From: Octopus sinensis
Taxonomy: Eukaryota
Direction: 5' to 3'
Assembly: GCF_006345805.1 (NCBI RefSeq)
Contig: NC_043008.1
Coordinates: forward strand, 682,001-746,000
DNA: 64,000 bases
Part shown: positions 55,351 to 64,000 of the stretch, in pieces
Position numbering within the stretch: position 1 is the first letter of the stretch
How the letters are laid out: each line of letters opens with the position of its first letter
Position numbers and translations under genes: made by a program
Notes under the pieces: generated by a model
What the model was told of the DNA's origin: nothing
What the model saw: only the letters and a program-made list of their open reading frames with translations
The model's database searches: none

Positions 55351-56831
55351 GATTTATCATGGCTACCGAAATTGTCACATATTACATTTACAGATACATT
55401 CCTCTATTTACATAATATTGAGGTCTCTTTCATTATTTTGTTGTCTTACTATTTTTATCAATATATATATTTAAATATATATTTAAATCAACTGTTCATT
55501 TGTTAAAGGCTGTGGTATATATTTCTCCATCAGTGGCATAGCTAGAGTGTGTGGACCTCGAATGTCCCGCCCTATTCTCCGGCCCCTACATCAGCTCTAT
55601 ACAGGCTCATATAGCTCACCCAAAAGTGCCGTCTCTATCCACGAAAACCTTGCGCAGGTTAGGCCTTCTCCTGATCTCCGCCAATAAGCTACTGCTTTCA
55701 CTTTTTGTTTCCAGAGCAAACCGAGACTAGTGAGTAGAAAAGTTACCCTCAAACCGGACTTAGCCTCAAAACCAGAAATTATCCTCAAACAAGAGACCTG
55801 TTCCGAATGCTTACAACAGTACGAGCGCTACTAAAATTACCAAATGCCATGCCGATAGTATAGACCCAAGTGACGGATTATTTCTAGCAACACAACCGCT
55901 GATGTTTTCCTTCACTGTATGGATTCAAGTTCTTTATTAATAACTTCTGTAACGCTGTGCTAAATCTAATCCTTGATCAATGTTATTCTGTCTCTCTCTC
56001 TCTCTCTCTCTACAAATATTACCGCCAATTGGGCCACTTCTTAAAGGTTCTGCGTGGTATCTCCACGGCCTGGCTAGCCTCTGATAACAAATTTAATGTG
56101 TGTGAATGTGCGCGCATCTGTATACCACACACACACACACACACACACACCACACACACACACCACACACCACACACATATATATATTAAATTATATATA
56201 ATATAATATATATATATACTTCACTATTAAGGCAATGTTCCATTGTCATAAGCGAATGAAAGCTGATATTTATACATCATCACATAGTTTCTATCAAAAC
56301 CTCTCTAATTAGCTGCAAACAGTAACAAATAGTTCTTTTGTTGTGAATGTTCTTTGTCCTCTCTCGGCCGATTTAAGTGTATGTCAGCCGTCGCTTACTC
56401 TGCTTCACATACGCCTACTTTATTTCTGTCTGTCTTTCTTTTGCTTTTTCTCACTGTGTGTGTGAGAGAGAAAGGGAGAGAGAGAGAGACAGAGAGACAG
56501 AGAGAGACAGAGAGAGAGGGAGACAGAGAGAGACAGAGAGAGTGTCAGTGTGTGTGTGTGCCTTTTACTCTCGTCTTTTTATGTCCCTCTTATCTTTCAA
56601 TGTTGTCCGATTTTCTCTCTTTTCAATACGTATTTCGTGTTATTTCGTTACTCTCTCTTTCTCAAGGAATTTCAGTTTCGCGCACGCACACACACACTCA
56701 AAGATTCAGATGGGCTTGTGCCAAAAATTTGTGTAGTATTGGTTCTAAGCGCTGAATAATGATATTTCCAAAGTTGACAAATAAAACTCGCGTACTTTGT
56801 AAACAAAATAAACACTCTGTATGTATATATG

Positions 56832-56863
<32 letters not shown>

Positions 56864-56895
56864 GGATATATATATATATATATATAGTATATATA

Positions 56896-56950
<55 letters not shown>

Positions 56951-57092
56951 ATTATATTATATATTTACGTGTGTGGGTATATACACCCATACATACATAC
57001 ATGCATACATACATACATACTACTACATACATACACATACCTACATACATACATACATCTAATATATATATATATGTGTGCGTGTTTGTGGA

Positions 57093-57530
57093 GGCGCAAT
57101 GGCCCAGTGGTTAGGGCAGCGGACTCGCGGTCGTAGGATCGTGGCATTGTGAGTGTTTATTGAGCGAAAACACCTAAAGCTCCACGAGGCTCCGTTTGGG
57201 GGTGGTGGTGTACCCTGCTGTACTCTTTCACCACAACTTTCTCCCTCTCCTTCTTCCTGTTTCTGTTGTACCCGTATTTCAAAGGGACCAGTCTTGTCAC
57301 ACTCTGTGTCACGCTGAATCTCCCCGAGAACCACCTTAAGGGTGCGACGTCACTGGTGCCAAGCTGTATCGGCTTTTGCCTTTCCCTTGTATAACATCGG
57401 TGGCGCGGAGAAGGGAGGCTGGTATGCATGGTCTTCTGCTGGTCTTCCATAAACAACCTTGCCTGGACTTGTGCCTCGGAGCGTAACTTTCTAGGTGGAA
57501 TTCCATGGTCATTCATGACCGAAGGGGGTT
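57093..57530 (+). mobile_element. SINE family C with B-box deletion and an alternative 3' tail from ~57344
   Basis: Head ggcgcaatggcccagtggttaggg; body shared with 44671-44942 up to aagggt; unrelated sequence after that. Confidence 0.7.
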
Positions 57531-58023
57531 ATAACAACTATATATATATATATATATATATATAAACAATTATAAATAAGGGCAAAAAAAATTCCATGCC
57601 AATATGGTGAAAAACTGACTTTAGATCGTCTAACCACATAGAATATTTTTCACTTGCCCTTCACTTCGGGACTGGTAACCACTTTACGAAAGTTTTCTAG
57701 ACCGTCTACACGTCTGCTGAAGCTTGCTACAGAATTTCTATTTAGATATATTTGGGATACTTAAATCTACTCATGACTCTGCATCTACTTTTTCCGTGGG
57801 TATAAGTAAATGTTCCATTTATTCTAATCCTGTTTCTCTTTGAAGAAGGAAGAATCCTTGATGATAAATCCAGAAATCGGTTCGGCTCAGGAATATCGAA
57901 TTTAGAAAATTTCTATTAGCTTGCTCACCTCGTTTCAACATGTGTATTTATAGTGAAAAATATCGTATGTGGTTAAACGGGAAGGTCTATTTTTCAGCAT
58001 ACTAAATTTTCTTCTTTTTTTAT

Positions 58024-58446
58024 GGTGGCTGTGTTGTAAGTAGCTTGCTTACCAACCACATGGTCCCAGGTTGAGTCCCACTGCGTGGTACCTTGGGCAA
58101 GTGTCTTCTACTATAGTCTCGGGCCGACCAAAGCTTCGTGAGTGGATTTGGTAGACGGAAACTGGAAGAAGCCCGTCGTATATGTATATATATGTATCTG
58201 TGTGTGTGTATATGTTTGTGTGTATATGTTTGTGTGTCTGTTTGTCCCCCCCCCCCCAGCATCGCTTGACAACCGATGCTGGTGTGTTTACGTCCCCGTA
58301 ATTTAGTGGTTCGGCAAAAGAGACCGATAAAATAAGTACTAGGCTTACAAAGAATAAGCTCTGGGGTCGATTTGCTCGACTATAAAGGCGGTGCTCCAAC
58401 ATGGCCACAATCAAATGATTGACACAAGTAAAAGAGTAAAAGAATA
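58024..58446 (+). mobile_element. SINE family A, full length (tRNA-like head, CORE-like accttgggcaagt, internal microsatellite)
   Basis: Head, core and 3' arm are shared with many partial copies in the window. Confidence 0.85.
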
Positions 58447-59128
58447 ATTGGTTATAATTTTCACCTTGAATAGTATTTTAATATGCTGGTAACTGATAAA
58501 TTTTTGTTTTTTTTTAAATTTTATCCTTATATTAGAAGTATATATATATTGGTATCTGTATGAGTGAAATCTAGCACAGTACTGTTACTTTTTGGAAACT
58601 ATACAGCATATTCCCTCAGTTAAGTTTAATTAATATTTTTATAAAATTCTATCCTGTTAACACATATCCTTAGTGTATTTAATGGAAATGGAAATAAATA
58701 AATTGAAGGTTTTATAATGCAAGAATTTGGTTAATTATTTCTGTGAATCAATGAAATAGAATTTACTGACGTCACTTTCACAGCTGAGGAAGCCAACATA
58801 AAGTTTAACCTTCGCAATCAATGCTGTTCGTTGCAGAAAGTTGGTGAGAATTGACGAATTTAAGGAGGAACTCGAAATTGACTTATTAAGCATTCAGACC
58901 TAATCAAATACGAGCGATAATGAGAATGAAGCCATTTTAGATATTTTAACACGTCAGAAGGTGGAAAAAATTGTATGAATTAATAATAATCTTCAGCGTT
59001 TGAAAGGATAAATGAAAGCAAAATAATTCTAACAAAACAAGGCAAAATTTGGAGAGATACAAGAAGCCAATATCGTTGAGCTTGTACAAGCAAATGACCA
59101 GTTCATCAGGACACATATTGCTGACTAA

Positions 59129-59362
59129 GGAGGCGAGCTGGCAGAATCGTTAGCACGTCGGGCGAAATGCATACCCGTATTTCGTCTGCCGTTACGTTCA
59201 GAGTTCAAATTCCGCCGAGGTCGACTTTGCCTTTCATCCTTTCAGGGTCGATAAATTAAGTACCAGTTACACACTGGGATCGATATAATCGACTTAATCC
59301 ATTTGTCTGTCCTTGTTTATCCACTCTGTGTTTAGCCCCTTGTAGGTAGTAAAAAAAATAGG
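59129..59362 (+). mobile_element. SINE family B, near full length (tRNA-like head + gtcgactttgcctttcatcctttc..gtcgataaa central domain)
   Basis: A/B-box-like head; central domain shared by several copies in the window. Confidence 0.85.
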
Positions 59363-60036
59363 ATACTTATTGCTGACTGATTAAATTCATTCAGTCCTTG
59401 ATCTGCCATAAATATTTGCGTTGATATTATTTAGATGCTGCAAAACAAAGGACCATAGTAAACGGCAACAGATATGCTATTGCAGACTCGTAACTGCAAT
59501 GGTTGTATTAGCTACTTACTATAATGTTTGCCGTTGAGGATAAGTTCACAAAACGTTTCATTTCTCATTATCATCAGATTCTAATTCATTTTTAATGCAT
59601 GAGCTTTAATTAACTATTGTGAGTTTGATAAATGCATTAAATTGAAATGGTTTTCAATAGCTATATTTTTCTCTGATTTGTCTTCTGCAATGATTGGCAG
59701 CCAAAACGCAGCAATTTGTCATTTCATTTCGTTATGCTTATATCATCCTTTAAATAAAATTTAATATCATTCAGTTATTCGCTTAAATGAGACAAACTGT
59801 TCTTGTGTTCATACATCTTAATTAGATTTGTCACTAAATATGCATAAATGATGTATGTTGCTAAATATATGTATATATATAATTATAAAGGTATACATAA
59901 CTATTTATGTATATGCGCATGAGTGTGTGTATATATCTTTGCATGTGAATATGTGTGTGTACAGCATTGTTGTTGTTTTGTGTATGTGTGTGTGCGTGTG
60001 TGTGCGTGCGTGTGCGTGTGTGTGTGTGTGTGTAAA

Positions 60037-60395
60037 TCTTTGACTTGTTTAACTACGGCCATGCTTGAGCACCGCCTAAAAGTTTTAGTCAAATGCATTG
60101 ATCCGGATACTTATAATTTTAAAGCATGGTACATATTCTATCCAACTCTTTTGCCGGACTGCTAAATCACGGGGATATGATAACAACAATACTGGTCGTT
60201 AAAAGGTGCTGGGAACACACACATACACAAAGACGTGCGAGGGGCTTTCTTCAGTTTCCGTCTACCAAATCAACTCATAAGGCAAGGCTCGAGGTTATAG
60301 TAGAAGACACTTGCCGAAGGTGCCACGCAGTGGGACTGAACCCAGGGCCATGCGACTGGGAAATAAGCTTCTTACCACACAGCCAGGCCCGCGCG
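60037..60395 (-). mobile_element. SINE family A, decayed full length
   Basis: Both halves recognisable. Confidence 0.75.
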
Positions 60396-60983
60396 TATAA
60401 TGTGTGTGTGTGTGTATGTATATATGTGTGTGTGTTTGTATATATATATGTATATTACATGCATACTTACATATACGTATAAATATATACATGTGCACAT
60501 ATACATATACATATATAAAGATATATGCATGTGTAGTGTGTGTGTGTGCGTGTGTCTCTGTGTTTGTGTGTGTTTGTTTTTGTATGTGTGTGTGTCTGCG
60601 TATGTGTGTGGGAGTGTGTGTGTGAGTGTGTGCTTAATCGCCTTCCTATTTATTGTGTGTTGTCAAAGCCGCTCGGCTGGAAGTAGACTCGATGAGGTTT
60701 AGATAACCTGTTCAAGGAGTTCCAACAAATATTTTTGTTATGGAGGGAAATGTCGAAAAAGTGTAAAGCATCCTAATCCCACATCTCTCTCTACAAGTAT
60801 GAAGTCTCGTGTTTAGTCAATACACATAGAACAGTAATGATTATCATCAATGTGGGTGGGGTGCGGGAAGGAGGGAGGACCCGTCGCCTCTTTAAAATGT
60901 CATTTGAAATACATCTAAAGCACTTTACTATAATAAGAAGCGTCATTTGACACACCGCCAACACCGACTCGCTCGCATGGAAT

Positions 60984-61018
<35 letters not shown>

Positions 61019-61260
61019 ACACACTCATACACACACATACAGACACACACACATTATACACATGACTGTACGCATGATCTCGTACACCGATAAGTATAAA
61101 ACATTGACACACACGAACATATATATATATATATAATGCAAATAAGAAAATGGAGAAACAAATTTAGTTTGTTCATCAACTTACGGATATTATAGTAGGT
61201 TACACCATAAACCCCTATCTTACTTTGTACTATATATATATGTATATATGTATATATGTA

Positions 61261-61365
<105 letters not shown>

Positions 61366-61370
61366 ATATA

Positions 61371-61453
<83 letters not shown>

Positions 61454-62603
61454 ATATATACACACATTCTTCCCACCCATATCAGACATGGACGGTCCAT
61501 GTACGGATTAGATACATACAACGCTGGCATAGAATTTCGAACAAAGATGTATAAACACATCTACCTACGCTATCCTTCTTCTCTCTCTCATCTCTCTCTT
61601 TCCCTCTTCCTTCACCTTCTTCTCTCTCTCTCCTCTCCCTCTCCTCTCTCTCTGTCTCCCCTCTTCTCTGTCTCTATCTCTCCCTCTTTCTCTCTCTCTC
61701 CTTCTTATCTCTGTCTGTCTCTCTCCTCTTCTCGCTCTCCTCTCTCTTTATAAGACAGACACAATGTTACATAGACACATAAGCATACGTACTGCATACT
61801 GTAGAAATACGGACTGACACATTAATACACAGGCATACACATTCACTTACCTTACACACTCTCACACATATACACTGACATGCACACAAACATACATACA
61901 TACATACACACACATATCTGTATGACACTACACTGTACTGTGCTCTCTCTCCCCCCTTTCCTTTTCTCTCTCTTCCTTTCTCAAATTCTCTTTTCTCCCT
62001 TTCACCGTTCTCTCTCTCCCTGCCTCTCTTCCTCCTTTACACTCTCTCGCTGCTCATACGTGACCATCGTGCATTTTTCTTTTCCTCACGTGATCATCTT
62101 TCTTTTCCTCCCGTCTGTCACATTCGTATCTGTCTCCTCTGCTATCTTTTCTCTTGTCAAAGAATATTCCTCCAGCATTCGCTACCTTACCTCGTCTGGC
62201 CTAACGGACTTCCATGTTTGTTTTCGTTTGGTTTGTTGTATGTCTACACAGTCTTGTTTTTGTTACCAAATTTGACCCTCCGCAAATCCCAAATTATATT
62301 TTGTTTTGTTGGAGCAACTGTTTTTCGAAAGCCTCATATCATCGTAAATTGCTCGAAATGTGGAGTAGAGGAAAAGCCGACAACTGATGATGAAGGGTCG
62401 TTCTTTATGCCACTTGTCTTGTTCTCCATTTGTTTCTCGTTGTTCGCATACCCAAGTTTACCTTCGTATTTCATGTTGTTTACGTTTTGTTACGTCCCGT
62501 ACCCATATATGCATATATATATACACACACACAACCACACACATTCACAAACACTCAAACACACATGCATTCACTTACCTTACACACAAGCACACACACA
62601 GAC

Positions 62604-62688
<85 letters not shown>

Positions 62689-62963
62689 ATAGATATATAA
62701 TATACACATACACATACACATTCTTTAAGTATTAGAAATAGTTTTAAAAAGTTTTTTTTGGCTGCTATTTCTAATGAGTTCAGTATGCGGCAAAGTAATT
62801 TATTTTACTAAGCACTTTTATATAATGTAATAATTTGAATTCGCCTTAAATGGTCCCTTTGCATACTGAATACTTGGTGAAATTGATTAATTAATTAATT
62901 TTACCCTCAATTGTTGAAATTATAATTCATCTCTCTCTATTTAATGCCTCGGATTTTACCGAA

Positions 62964-63062
62964 AAAAGCATAGTGTTTACTGATTTTAACCCACGTGGTG
63001 GAAAGGGGAGAGCAGAAATTCTTCGCTGCATATTTGAGTTTGCTGGCACTGTTAGTTTCGAG
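62964..63062 (+). pseudogene. Possible glutathione S-transferase/S-crystallin N-terminal fragment (IVFTDFNPRGGKGRAEILRCIFEFAGTVSFE)
   Basis: Matches the sigma-class pattern GRAExxRxIFxxAGxxFE by eye; similarity is lost downstream; no in-frame ATG. Confidence 0.35.
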
Positions 63063-63138
63063 CAGATCTTCAGAAGCGATAAGAAGTCGAAAGGGTATGC
63101 TCCCACTTTCAGTGTTTTCAAATCCAAACAAGGAGTTC

Positions 63139-63190
63139 TGAGCTGATGATAGAAGTGTCGTGTTGACTAATCTTGAAACGTACGTTCTCA
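63139..63190 (+). ncRNA. Hammerhead motif with intact core and imperfect stem II
   Basis: tgag-CTGATGA-(t-aga..gtc/gac..tct-t)-GAAA-cgtacg-TT-ctca; palindrome ACGTACGT; GUU triplet. Confidence 0.6.
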
Positions 63191-63627
63191 AATAACCTTT
63201 GCATTTGATTTTTAATGTCTTTACCCCCATACTTTCGTGAGTTGAATGGGAGCAAACACTATATGAGAGAGGTTTTCTTTAAGTATTAGAAATAGTTTTA
63301 AAAAAGTTTTTTTTGGCTGCTATTTCTAATGAGTTCAGTATGCGGCAAAGTAATTTATTTTACTAAGCCCTTTTATATAATATATACACATACATATATA
63401 TATATATTTGTATGTATGTATATATACACACACAGATACACAAACACACACACTCGCGCAGAGTGATCTGTAATAAGCCCTTCAGCTGGTGTCCCTTATG
63501 ACCCTGTATCGTAGCTGTTGAGACCTTAACAACAAATATCAACAACAACTCTCATCACTTTTATTTTTGATTTTTGATAAAACCGATTTAAAAAAAACAC
63601 GACTCAGCATGAAATATCAACAGCAAC

Positions 63628-63728
63628 CACTGCAGCTGCCGTCGCTGCCTCCCCCACCACCACCACCACCACCGCCGCCGCCACCACCACCGCCACCACC
63701 GCCACCACCGCCACCACCGCCACCACCG

Positions 63729-63788
<60 letters not shown>
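63628..63788. repeat. (CCA/CCG)n grading into (CTA)n
   Basis: Direct reading. Confidence 0.95.
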
Positions 63789-64000
63789 TGTATGTAGAAG
63801 GAAGTACTGCAGAGTTTCTTCACTCGGTGTTCAATCCCAAATAGACGCATTTGAAATTTGACTAAATTTCATGAACACAGGCAATTGACTTCTATGTTAG
63901 TTGTCACACCACCAAGAAACTAACTTTCATCCAACATCCATAAACAATTAATAGACGTCCCATTACATACCCGCACGAGTGGCCAGGGTCAGGAGGTGCT

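Larger units (their letters stand above)
62721..63381 (+). repeat. ~106-bp direct repeats (62721-62826 and 63275-63381) flanking a ~450-bp core
   Basis: The two copies differ by one substitution and one A-run indel; period 554 bp. Confidence 0.85.

Noticed and set aside
59550-59580. Isolated CTGATGA occurrences (also ~10985, 25910, 53040, 62385)
   Set aside because: Missing GAAA or stem pairing.

Overview
AT-rich, microsatellite-saturated animal genomic DNA. The repeat repertoire points to a cephalopod, most likely Octopus; this is inferred from pattern recognition, not a database search. Nearly all listed ORFs are simple-repeat artefacts. The window is mostly intronic or intergenic. It holds three tRNA-headed SINE families, decayed CR1-group and RTE LINE fragments, a decayed Chapaev3-type (CMC) transposon, and Tc1, mariner and maT deletion derivatives. 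A few candidate exons of an unidentified minus-strand gene are present, the best being a terminal exon at 8381-8611. The most striking pattern is about ten minimal type-I hammerhead-ribozyme (HHR) motifs in mutually unrelated short repeats. One, at 13504-13572, has a fully intact core and all three stems. Several of these repeats, plus other short elements, carry an inverted partial copy of their own 3' end, a hallmark of Penelope-like elements (PLEs). One element fuses a tRNA-derived Pol III head to an HHR-bearing PLE-type tail. All folds and translations were done by eye, and repeat boundaries are approximate (about +/-10 bp unless stated).
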